Positions 36,007-45,182 of a stretch of 64,000 nucleotides of DNA are shown here, in pieces. Source of the stretch: Candidatus Heimdallarchaeota archaeon (GTDB taxonomy: Archaea > Asgardarchaeota > Heimdallarchaeia > Hodarchaeales > Hodarchaeaceae); NCBI GenBank assembly GCA_048881705.1, contig JBHLSH010000001.1:140688-204687 (forward strand), written 5' to 3'. The notes beneath the pieces are model-generated. The model was not told where the DNA came from, searched no databases, and saw nothing but the letters and a program-made list of their open reading frames with translations. Within the stretch, counting starts at the first letter, position 1. Every line of letters begins with the position of its first letter. Made by a program: the position numbers and the translations under genes.

Positions 36007-37038
36007 TTATTTTTCTCTTTCAACCAAGATTCGTACAAGAATCTGAAGGAAATCGAAAAGTTCCTGCGCAGCTGTATCTTCTGGATCTAGATTATCTTGA
36101 ATAGTGGCCAATTCACGTAGTGAAAATTCCAGGTATTTGTTTCGCACCTCTTGAACTTGGGGGCTGGCGCCACGAAAAATTTTAAGGATTTCACGCACCT
36201 CTTCATCGGTTTTTTCACCAACAGGCTTATTGTAGATCTCTTTAACCAGTTCTGCGTGATCTGTTTGTAATGCGAAGTATAGAAAGAGATTTCGTTTACT
36301 CTCTTGGATATCCCAGTAAGCAATTTTGCCAAATTGTTCCTGGTCGCCCTGAATGTCTAGAAAATCATCCTGAATCTGAAATGCTATCCCTGCCGCTACT
36401 ATAGCATCATGAACTCGTTCGGTAAAAAGATCTTCTCGACGGCCAGCAAAACACCCGAGCTTCACGCAACCCGCAAATACGATCGCGGTCTTAAGCTCCA
36501 TGATACGGATCACATGATCGAGATCAAACCCAAAGTTTTGATCTAAGCGATCTTCTAATTCTATCGCGTTACCTAGGCTGACCTGATAAGAATAATCGAG
36601 CACCAAGTCTAGTGTGGGCTCCTCTTTCAGAAGGGTCAATGCATAAGCATGAAGAATATCTCCATCATGAAGCGCGCGATCCGTCCCATGTACAATATGA
36701 AAGGCTTTCCTCCCTCTTCGTAGCGGCGCACGGTCAATCAAATCATCATGGATTAGGGTCATGTTATGCAAGAGTTCTATGGCTATTGCCGCATTGTACG
36801 ATCGTTCCATAGCTTCCTCCCGATAATCTACATTATCTACTAAGATCTTGGTTGTTACCGCGATCAAAGCAGGGCGCAGCTGCTTTCCTTTGGAGTTGAA
36901 AATAAATTTACGAATTCGTTCGCGGGTAGGACTGGTCATTCCATTGATGGCCTCATTGAGCTTGACGTTAAGAACCGCCATGATCTCGTCATCAATAAAA
37001 TTAGCCAATAGTGACACGGAAAAAAACCTCATGCCCAT
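36007..37038 (-). CDS. Polyprenyl (geranylgeranyl) diphosphate synthase
   Basis: GKQLRP, FARM LIHDDLID...RRG, KTA, SARM FQIQDDFLD, GK, DIQESK. Confidence 0.92.
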   Translation of the reverse strand: MGMRFFSVSLLANFIDDEIMAVLNVKLNEAINGMTSPTRERIRKFIFNSKGKQLRPALIAVTTKILVDNVDYREEAMERSYNAAIAIELLHNMTLIHDDLIDRAPLRRGRKAFHIVHGTDRALHDGDILHAYALTLLKEEPTLDLVLDYSYQVSLGNAIELEDRLDQNFGFDLDHVIRIMELKTAIVFAGCVKLGCFAGRREDLFTERVHDAIVAAGIAFQIQDDFLDIQGDQEQFGKIAYWDIQESKRNLFLYFALQTDHAELVKEIYNKPVGEKTDEEVREILKIFRGASPQVQEVRNKYLEFSLRELATIQDNLDPEDTAAQELFDFLQILVRILVEREK

Positions 37039-37392
37039 CTGTGACAGATTCGTTGATTAGAGGAATGCGTGTGGATATCTATGTCAATTTCTTTGGAATG
37101 GGTTCGGAACGGGGTTAATTACCATCCGATATTTAAGTTGTTTTTGGCCGTTTTTTTTGTCATAAAAGTTTCTTTCAAATATTATGTAGTTTTACTGGTT
37201 TTAATACATTTTGTTCTTCTACTATTCGAAGGAATGTTGTTTTTATCGGCTTTATATCTCTTAGAAGAAGTAAATACCAAATTTATCTGATCTAAGATTT
37301 GGATACCTGGTATATGGCTTACAGACATATATTATGAGCGTGAAGTTTTTGTAAGCGTTTTTTTAAATCCTGATTATTTAAAATGATACTGG

Positions 37393-38661
37393 ATGAGTCA
37401 ACAGTTGTCCATGCATCTATGTAAGCACTGTGGACGTTATACCCCCGCAGGCCGTTTTTGCGTTTTTTGCGGTGATAAACTACCCGAAACCAAACAGTGT
37501 TACCAATGTTACCAGGAAATCCCATTGTGGGTGGGATTTTGTCCCTTCTGTGGCGCCTTAAACGAAAGCATTTCCCAAACTACAAGTTCATCTCGAATTC
37601 GAAAGCTAATCAGGAAATTGAGAATTGTTTATCCCAGCCTCCTAATCATCTTTTTGCTTGCCGCTAGTTCATTAGTTCAACTTATCGCGGGCTACCTCCT
37701 TGCAGCGTCGGGTATAGTTTCAACAGTTATCGCCCCAAATACCCCAGAAGATGGATTGTTTATCCTTTTAACAGTGATTATAGGCACGTTAGTTATGATT
37801 GCCCTTCTCATAAGGGGGATCCCCATTTCCTTCGATCGTGAAAAGCATCATGGACTCAAATTCCAAACTCTATTTTTACTTGGGATCCTATTTGGGATCA
37901 CGGTATCGGTTATTGAGATCAGTGTTTCTCTTATCGAACTCGGTTTGGATTTGCTAGAACTAGACCAGATCCAAGAAACACCATATGACATCTTTTTTTT
38001 GGATCAAGTAAATATCCTATTGTTTATCATCCTAGCTGGACTCGTAGGACCTATTTTTGAGGAACTAGTATTTCGTCGATATGCGATTTCAATGTTGCTC
38101 ATTCAGCTTAGGTCAGATGAATTTGTGGTAATCACGAGTGCACTCATTTTTAGCCTAATACACCTTCCAGGAGATCTTCAGATTGGATCGCTGAGGTACA
38201 TTATTCTCCATCTTTCAGTTACATTCATCCTAGGGTTAATTCTGGGCATGGTATATTTAAGATGGGGATTCTCCTATGCTGTCGTTTTTCACGGCGCGTG
38301 GAATATTTTCTCGGTGATCATTTCCCTCGCGAGTCTTGCAGACCTCGAAATCCTAGTTGATACTGGTATAATTGTCCTCATAGTAACTTCATTTTGCGGA
38401 TTACTGGTTGGTATTTTTTCTAAACGTAGGTTATTAAAAGAAAGAATCAGATTCTTATCCCGTCCCTCTTTCGCTGATTTTCCTTATATTTTAGCAAACC
38501 TAATTCTTTTTATTATGTTCGAAATTGTACCGATGATAATGCTATTGATGATCCCTAGCTTAATCACGGTCGGATTTGTTATCTTCACGGAACTTTTGGC
38601 ATTATTGGCAGGCCCTCTGGTCATCAGGGAATTGAAAGGATCTAGGGCAATGCGGTCGTGA
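37393..38661 (+). CDS. Double zinc ribbon fused to a CPBP (Abi/type II CAAX) intramembrane metalloprotease
   Basis: N-terminal CKHC..FCVFC..CYQC..FCPFC. CPBP motifs FEELVFR, FSLIH, HGAWN. About 9-10 TM segments. Confidence 0.88.
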   Translation: MSQQLSMHLCKHCGRYTPAGRFCVFCGDKLPETKQCYQCYQEIPLWVGFCPFCGALNESISQTTSSSRIRKLIRKLRIVYPSLLIIFLLAASSLVQLIAGYLLAASGIVSTVIAPNTPEDGLFILLTVIIGTLVMIALLIRGIPISFDREKHHGLKFQTLFLLGILFGITVSVIEISVSLIELGLDLLELDQIQETPYDIFFLDQVNILLFIILAGLVGPIFEELVFRRYAISMLLIQLRSDEFVVITSALIFSLIHLPGDLQIGSLRYIILHLSVTFILGLILGMVYLRWGFSYAVVFHGAWNIFSVIISLASLADLEILVDTGIIVLIVTSFCGLLVGIFSKRRLLKERIRFLSRPSFADFPYILANLILFIMFEIVPMIMLLMIPSLITVGFVIFTELLALLAGPLVIRELKGSRAMRS

Positions 38662-38666
38662 ATCAT

Positions 38667-39683
38667 TTATCGCGAATAAGCACCAAAATGGGCTCGGGGA
38701 TCCTTAATAAAAACCGGGACAGCCGCAGCGCCTCGTTTAACCTCAATGTCGTGCATTTCTAGTACGCGAACGATCTCTTTGAAACGATTGCGGATTGTCA
38801 CGGGGGTGGTTTTCGCCGCACGAGCGATCTGTTGTTGCGTTCGGCGTTCCCCTGTTTTAACTCCTGCTATGTAAAGGCAGGCGGCTGCAATTGACATTGG
38901 GTTTTTACCCACCGTAATGCCATATTCACGGGTTCTTATTGCGATTTTCACCGCTGCCATGCGAGTGGGCATTGAAAGGGATAATTCCCCTCCTAATCGA
39001 TGGATCAGAGCTTCATGTCTCCCGCTGTCTGGTTTGGTTTGAAGATGTTGTATAATTGTCCTGACACATCGTCCCAATTCCTTAGATGATACATTGGCAT
39101 TTATGGCAACGTCTTTGAGAGTAAGTGGGATTTTTGTTTTTCTGCATGCTAGATAAAGACTCGCCGCAATCATTCCATCAATCGAGCGGCCACGGATCAG
39201 ATTCTTTTTCAAACATTCACGATATACTTTACTTGCGGTCTGGGCTGTTCGATCTGGTAGCTCCATTTGACTCCGTAATCGTTTTAACTCCCGAAGTGCA
39301 ATGCGAAGATTACGGATTTCAGCGGAATTCGCGTGGTTGTCTACGTTGCTCAACCGATTAAAAACAAGTCGTTTGGATGAAGATAGTTTCCTCCCTTTAC
39401 CGTCTTTCCGACTACGACCTATCTGGGTCTTTATCCCTAAATCAGGTTGCAGTAAAGTTAAGGGGGATCCACCTCGGGATCGATCCTGTTCCTCAAAATA
39501 ATCATATGCCCTCCATTCCGGTCCTCGATCTATAATCAAAGAATTAATGACAACGCCGCAGCATGCACATATAGCCTGGCCCGATCTTTGATCCGAAACG
39601 ATTTCACCCTCAGCTCCGCACTCTGGACATTTTTGTCCTCTCGGTTCACCAGGAAACTGATTCGGTTGTGTTCGCATAACCAT
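38667..39683 (-). CDS. tfb: Transcription initiation factor IIB
   Basis: CPECG...CACCG zinc ribbon, GPEWRAY, LIRGRSI..MIAASLYLACR, GKNPMSIAAACLYIA, TTPVTIRNRFKE. Confidence 0.95.
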   Translation of the reverse strand: MVMRTQPNQFPGEPRGQKCPECGAEGEIVSDQRSGQAICACCGVVINSLIIDRGPEWRAYDYFEEQDRSRGGSPLTLLQPDLGIKTQIGRSRKDGKGRKLSSSKRLVFNRLSNVDNHANSAEIRNLRIALRELKRLRSQMELPDRTAQTASKVYRECLKKNLIRGRSIDGMIAASLYLACRKTKIPLTLKDVAINANVSSKELGRCVRTIIQHLQTKPDSGRHEALIHRLGGELSLSMPTRMAAVKIAIRTREYGITVGKNPMSIAAACLYIAGVKTGERRTQQQIARAAKTTPVTIRNRFKEIVRVLEMHDIEVKRGAAAVPVFIKDPRAHFGAYSR

Positions 39684-39856
39684 CAGTGAATCATTAGATT
39701 AAAAAATTTTAAAATCTATCCAGAGAAATCCTCCGAAATACGGAGAGAATTACTAGATCGTACTACTAGATAGTTATCTTGGCAGCGTCAGAAAAGCATC
39801 GTTTTTCGAGCTTCGAAATCATTCCGGAACTGCTTGGAATTGGACGGTTACATCTG

Positions 39857-40777
39857 TCAGGTGTTGTTTGGTGGATGCTCCCGTCCCCTCAAGTATCGTT
39901 CTATGTAGAACTCTCCTGCCTTATAGCTAGAACGAACAAGCGGACCTGAGACTACATATAGAAATTCCATTTGGCTTGCGATTTGCTCCCATTGCTTGAA
40001 CATCTGGGGTGTAACATATTCAACTACTGGAAGATGCCGTCGGGAAGGCTGAAGGTACTGTCCGAAAGTTACGATGTCCACCTTATTCTTCCGTAGATCT
40101 TGTAGGGCTGCATGAACCTGGGTCATGTTCTCTCCTAATCCCAGCATTATCGATGATTTGGTTAGAATATGCGGATTCATGTCTTTGATACTTTTTAGGA
40201 CAAACAGTGATTGTTTATAGCTTGCCCTTTTGTCTCGAACCTTGGGAGTCAATTCCTCAGTGGTTTCAATGTTGTGGCCAATAACATCTGGTTTTGCTTC
40301 CACAATGGTACGTAAAGAGGCAAGGTTACCTTTAAAATCTGGTATAAGGATCTCTACTAGGATATCTGGATTCAATTCACGAAGGGTATTAATACACTGG
40401 GCAAGATGTGCTGCTCCACCATCTTCTAGATCATCACGATCGACTGAGGTTAGTACAACATATTTCAAAGAAAGATTGTTGATTACTTCCGCCACTTTTC
40501 GTGGTTCTTCTCGATCGAGCCATTTCCGTGGATTTCCCGCTGTAATATCACAAAATCTGCAGCCCCGAGTACAGACATCCCCCATGAGAAGAAATGTTGC
40601 TGTTCCAGATTCCCAACACTCGGTTATATTCGGACAAAAGGCCTCTTCACATACGGTGTGAAGGCTTTGTTGCTCTAGGAGTTGCTGGACGGTCCGATAT
40701 TGTCTGCGGGTTGGTAGTTTTGCTCGGATCCAGGTGGGCTTTGGTTTACTTTTCACCAGAATATCCTCAATAGCCAT
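39857..40777 (-). CDS. lipA: Lipoyl synthase
   Basis: CEEAFCPNITEC, CTRGCRFC, TSVDRDDL, HNIET, GQYLQPS, VRSSY. Start set at MAIEDIL (40777). Confidence 0.95.
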   Translation of the reverse strand: MAIEDILVKSKPKPTWIRAKLPTRRQYRTVQQLLEQQSLHTVCEEAFCPNITECWESGTATFLLMGDVCTRGCRFCDITAGNPRKWLDREEPRKVAEVINNLSLKYVVLTSVDRDDLEDGGAAHLAQCINTLRELNPDILVEILIPDFKGNLASLRTIVEAKPDVIGHNIETTEELTPKVRDKRASYKQSLFVLKSIKDMNPHILTKSSIMLGLGENMTQVHAALQDLRKNKVDIVTFGQYLQPSRRHLPVVEYVTPQMFKQWEQIASQMEFLYVVSGPLVRSSYKAGEFYIERYLRGREHPPNNT

Positions 40778-40861
40778 TTTAAATCCCCTTTTTTTAGCTT
40801 TTAAATACCCTGGGAAAAGCATGCTTTAGATGTCTCGGTAGAATACAGGTGAATTCCTCCG

Positions 40862-43258
40862 ATGATCTATCAATACGAGTTACAGGAATTTTTAAGAGGC
40901 CTTTCAGTCGAACAACTTCTGGCTGGCCTTGCAAGTCTCTTGCTGCTACTCGTTTTCGTGTTAGAATTGCGAAAATATCTCAAATACCGTAGTTATCCTG
41001 ATCTCTTAGAACTCTCAGGTATCGGTCTTTTGGCTACTTTATTGTTTACTGTTACTGGAGATCTATTATTATCGGGGCTTGCCGCCATTCTTGGCTTAAT
41101 GGTAATTGGAACCTTTGAAGTGAGAGAAAATGCCATTTGGGTTCGAATGATGGGGACGTTTACAGTCAGTTACGGATTTTTCTTTTTTATGACTCTCCTA
41201 GGACATATTACCACAAAGGTATTCCCCAGCACAGGAATAACCATCAAGAATATTTTGATAGGATGGGGATTTAATTCTGATATCAACATCCAGCAGTTCT
41301 TTGTTGGTATTGGCTATAATCTTATTATTTGGATAATGTTGGCAACAGCCTTTCTTGTTTTTGGCCGAAAATTCATTATAGTCACCAGATTTATCAGCCC
41401 TCAAATGGTATATTTGGTACTTTATCTCGTTGCATTATTCGTTATTTTACAGCTTAACCTCCCCGACCTAGCAAAGTATATCGCAATCTTCACAACTAAT
41501 GTCTTTATCTACTTGTTTTCTGGCCCTTTATTGACCATTTTGCTGGGAATAAAACCCCTGGACGACGAACGTGCCAAAAAGATTATTAAGGAGGTTCAGG
41601 AAAAGATACCCACTACGATACGAAAAATTGGTGTAGTTCAAGCCCCGATCCTTAATGCTTTTGCTTTTGGCCCATGGTTTGACCAACGGATTGCTTATAT
41701 CACCACAGATCTTTCTCAATTCACGGACGCTGAGATTAGGGGAATCACTGCTCATGAACTAGTTCATCTGAAGAAAAAGCATACACTAATCCTGCTTGTG
41801 ATTACTGCGATCGAACTCGCCATAAAAGCCCTAATTGATGCCCCTTCAACATATTGGGAATATGTACTTGGGTCAAATCAAACGTGGGACTTTCTTAGTT
41901 TTTGGTTGTTCAATATTATTCTTTTTGCATTTCTTCTAACTTTTGTAAAGATGTTAGAAGGCCAAGCTGATTGCGTAACCCGAGATTTGGGTTACGGTAT
42001 TGATTTAGCAGAATCGCTTTATCGTCTGGAGGGATTTTATTATGGAGTTGCAGGAGAAATCGGATTTAATGCTCAATTGATGACGGGAAAAAAACGTTCC
42101 AAGGATGAGAATATCCGTTTCATGGGAGACCAAGCCTACTATCTCTATCGTAATCTTGCCCCTAGTCGTATGACTTGTGTAATGAATCTTATTGCATCTC
42201 ACCCATTGACCAGTCTCCGCCTGGCTCTACAGATCGATCACTCCATTGGAGCGTTCAAGGCAGGCCTGATGGTTTGGTTATTGCTATTGCCTGGATTTCG
42301 TAAGCGTGCTATCAAGAAACTCCAAAGGAGCCATGAGGGCCTTGCAGAGCTACTTACACAAAAATATATGCGTGATTTCGGCACTGTTGGAGATTACCTC
42401 GAAATCACTTTCGAGGAATCGACAGCAAGATATTTTGTAGATCGCTATGTTCTCGCAAGACCGTGGCTGGTTGATGGACCAGCTTTTTGGGGGAAAATTA
42501 CAGAATATCAGCTCACAGATAATATTGTATCCCCTATTAAACTGGAAATGGATACTAGGGACGGAACAACTGTTACTCTTTCTAAAGGTGATTATTACAT
42601 TACTTTTGCTGAGCCAAATCACGAATATTTTACTAAAGGAGGGAGCAAAGTAATTTTAGACAATATAGAGCTTCGTAATGGTAAATTCAAGAAGTTTCAT
42701 TTTATTAATGAAAATGGAGAGAAATCTTCTACGCGATCAGGCCTAGGCTTGGATTTAGCAGATTTGGATCGAAAAGAGTATTGGTTGGTTTTCAAAGAGG
42801 GAGTACTCCAACCTTGGATCCTAAAAGAGGTTAACATTGGTAAAACATTTTCAGAATCTAATTTCTTGTTTGAAGATAATACTCAGACCCAATATCGGAT
42901 GTATGGTAATGAACTGGTAGTATTTACACCCCCACTTCTCCAGATGATTAAAAAGAAGAATTGGAAAAAAGAAAAAACGTTTTTTGATAGATTAAAACAA
43001 TTGGATGAGCCAGTTATTTTATACGACAAAGAAGATTTTGATATAGGAGCACCAATTAAGATTAATGCCGCTACGGACAGTTCTGTTGATTTCTTAGAAG
43101 GGAGAACTAGACGAGAGCTTCCTATAACCAAACTAGATGCCTTAATCTTAGATTATCCCTTCCATATGTTAAATATCAAGAAGGAAATGGGACTTGGAAG
43201 CAAAATTGCGTTTAAACTGCTAAATAGGGGAGTACAGGCAAAATATATTGGAATTTAA
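40862..43258 (+). CDS. M48 (HtpX/Ste24-like) membrane metalloprotease with extra N-terminal TM bundle and long soluble C-terminus
   Basis: NAFAFG, AHELVH (HExxH), LEGQAD, SHP...R. About 7 TM helices precede the protease domain and about 300 aa of beta-rich sequence follow it. Confidence 0.85.
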   Translation: MIYQYELQEFLRGLSVEQLLAGLASLLLLLVFVLELRKYLKYRSYPDLLELSGIGLLATLLFTVTGDLLLSGLAAILGLMVIGTFEVRENAIWVRMMGTFTVSYGFFFFMTLLGHITTKVFPSTGITIKNILIGWGFNSDINIQQFFVGIGYNLIIWIMLATAFLVFGRKFIIVTRFISPQMVYLVLYLVALFVILQLNLPDLAKYIAIFTTNVFIYLFSGPLLTILLGIKPLDDERAKKIIKEVQEKIPTTIRKIGVVQAPILNAFAFGPWFDQRIAYITTDLSQFTDAEIRGITAHELVHLKKKHTLILLVITAIELAIKALIDAPSTYWEYVLGSNQTWDFLSFWLFNIILFAFLLTFVKMLEGQADCVTRDLGYGIDLAESLYRLEGFYYGVAGEIGFNAQLMTGKKRSKDENIRFMGDQAYYLYRNLAPSRMTCVMNLIASHPLTSLRLALQIDHSIGAFKAGLMVWLLLLPGFRKRAIKKLQRSHEGLAELLTQKYMRDFGTVGDYLEITFEESTARYFVDRYVLARPWLVDGPAFWGKITEYQLTDNIVSPIKLEMDTRDGTTVTLSKGDYYITFAEPNHEYFTKGGSKVILDNIELRNGKFKKFHFINENGEKSSTRSGLGLDLADLDRKEYWLVFKEGVLQPWILKEVNIGKTFSESNFLFEDNTQTQYRMYGNELVVFTPPLLQMIKKKNWKKEKTFFDRLKQLDEPVILYDKEDFDIGAPIKINAATDSSVDFLEGRTRRELPITKLDALILDYPFHMLNIKKEMGLGSKIAFKLLNRGVQAKYIGI

Positions 43259-43309
43259 GGTTTTTCCATTCTTCAAGCGTTTAATAATTGACCTGATCTG
43301 AGAAACCCA

Positions 43310-44569
43310 TTAAGCTTGTCTCGTTCCCTGCAGAACCTCTTCTCTTATTATCGCTGCCCGTTCTTTGCGCTCCTGTAATGCCTGAGACAGTTGATCCGCT
43401 TCTCGGGTTTTTAAGGAAATTTCATCATTTTTGGCTGATAATTCAGCTTCGAGATTTTTAATACGGGTTTCGGTATCTTTCAGCTTCCTATAGGTTTCAT
43501 TGAATTCTACTGATGTCGCTTCTTCTTGTTTTTCACTGGATAGCTTACGCCATTCTTTTTTTTCCGAATCTAGTTTTCCTGTTTCGATGGCCTTGAGGAC
43601 TTGACGCACGTTATTGATTTCTTTTTGCTTTAATCCAAGATCTGAGGCGACATTTATCAATTCTTCAAATAAAACTATGATTTCTGGATTTCCTTCTCCT
43701 TCCTGAAGAAACTGGTGTACAGGATTTTCTTCATAAGCAAGAGCACTACTTACTATCCCAAAATCGCTCGAGATTGAGCCCCGCTGAGTTTCCCGAGCAA
43801 ATTTCTTGAAAATTTTCTTAAAAGAGTTCAAACGTCTCCCCATCTGGATTTCCAGCTCGGTCATACGAACAGATCGTTGATGTGATGCTTGGATGACGGG
43901 ATTCTCCATTAAAGAAGAATACTCTTGATCTATCTCTGACTTTTCCGTTAGTAGGACCTCTACCTCCTTTTGTAGCATCGAAATCTCAGATTTCTTCTCC
44001 TCAATCTTCTCCAAAATATCCTCAACATCATTCCTCAGACCTTCTAGATCTTCGCAGGCCTTTATCGCTTGATATTCCTCATCTTTCAGGGCACGAAGCT
44101 TTGCTAAATCATCACCGAGTTTACCTATTGGTACATAAAAAGATCTTTTCTTGAGCATAAAGTCGAGACCCATAATTTTATCTGCTTTCGCCTGTTCTTC
44201 GTTCACGTTGTTCAACAATCGTGACATTACCCTTATAAACTGCGATAAATCAGCATAAGTCAGATCTCGGCTCGTTTCGGGAATTTGGAATTTAGAAAAA
44301 TGTTCATTTAAGAAATGAACTAGATTATTCATGGCTCGAAGAGAACGAAAGTAGATTTTCCCCTTTTTTGTGATTTTTTGAATGCCTTCCTCAGTCAGTT
44401 GAGGATCCGTCTCCTCAATACTCTTCTCAATCCCTTCCAGTACTTTTTCGTTATTTTTCTGTATAGCCTGTCTAAGTTTTCGGCTTTGCTCGTACCCTTT
44501 ATTTATCGCGTCCTTCTTTCTATCTTCTACTATCCGAATATGATCAACAATTTCGTCAATGGCAGCCAT
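43310..44569 (-). CDS. Hypothetical long coiled-coil protein
   Basis: 419 aa, E/K-rich heptads at the N-terminus, the middle and the C-terminus. 25 bp downstream of the roadblock-like gene. Confidence 0.75.
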   Translation of the reverse strand: MAAIDEIVDHIRIVEDRKKDAINKGYEQSRKLRQAIQKNNEKVLEGIEKSIEETDPQLTEEGIQKITKKGKIYFRSLRAMNNLVHFLNEHFSKFQIPETSRDLTYADLSQFIRVMSRLLNNVNEEQAKADKIMGLDFMLKKRSFYVPIGKLGDDLAKLRALKDEEYQAIKACEDLEGLRNDVEDILEKIEEKKSEISMLQKEVEVLLTEKSEIDQEYSSLMENPVIQASHQRSVRMTELEIQMGRRLNSFKKIFKKFARETQRGSISSDFGIVSSALAYEENPVHQFLQEGEGNPEIIVLFEELINVASDLGLKQKEINNVRQVLKAIETGKLDSEKKEWRKLSSEKQEEATSVEFNETYRKLKDTETRIKNLEAELSAKNDEISLKTREADQLSQALQERKERAAIIREEVLQGTRQA

Positions 44570-44594
44570 TCAACCACCTGTGTCTACTGATTTG

Positions 44595-44999
44595 TTATTT
44601 GGCATAATACACGGAGGAGAGAAACAGTTCGTCCAGGCGTGTCACCATTAATTCAAGAAGAGGAGATCCCTCTTGTTTCTTCTTGAACCCAATTGTTAAA
44701 TGGTTGATCTCTCCTTCTTCATTTGTGTCGGATAAAAAATCTAGGCCTTGTAGCGAGGGTTGGCATTGTTCCCATATCTGAGGAATAACTGCGCTCATTT
44801 GTTCGAATTCATCCACTTCCATGTCTACAATTCTGTTTTCACTCCTTTTCAACCCAGTCAAAGGGAACCCACTCTCATCGGATACAAATGAGGCCACGAC
44901 ACGATGTGCTTGCGAATTACTATTCCTAATGGTCATTTGTTTTGATAAAATCGCCCTCAAGGACAATCGCATTTGCTCTTCAAGATTTCTACCTTTCAC
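44595..44999 (-). CDS. Roadblock/profilin/longin-superfold small protein (divergent)
   Basis: Helix, then VVASFVSDESGFPL, EFEQMSAVIPQIW, INHLTIG, LMVTRLDELFLSSVY. This order of elements matches Roadblock-like folds. Confidence 0.6.
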   Translation of the reverse strand: MKGRNLEEQMRLSLRAILSKQMTIRNSNSQAHRVVASFVSDESGFPLTGLKRSENRIVDMEVDEFEQMSAVIPQIWEQCQPSLQGLDFLSDTNEEGEINHLTIGFKKKQEGSPLLELMVTRLDELFLSSVYYAK

Positions 45000-45182
45000 G
45001 GCTTTTCGTCTCGCAATACTTTGGACGACCAGGTCATTTTACTTTACAATGGCAATTTACTTAAGATTTTTCACTATAACCACCTGGCCCTTAACTTGTA
45101 TAAACATAAAGAAAGCCAACTTTTTTGGGCTGGGTTCACCAAGTTAACCAGACCCATGATAGATATCCGGTGTAAATTTAGC

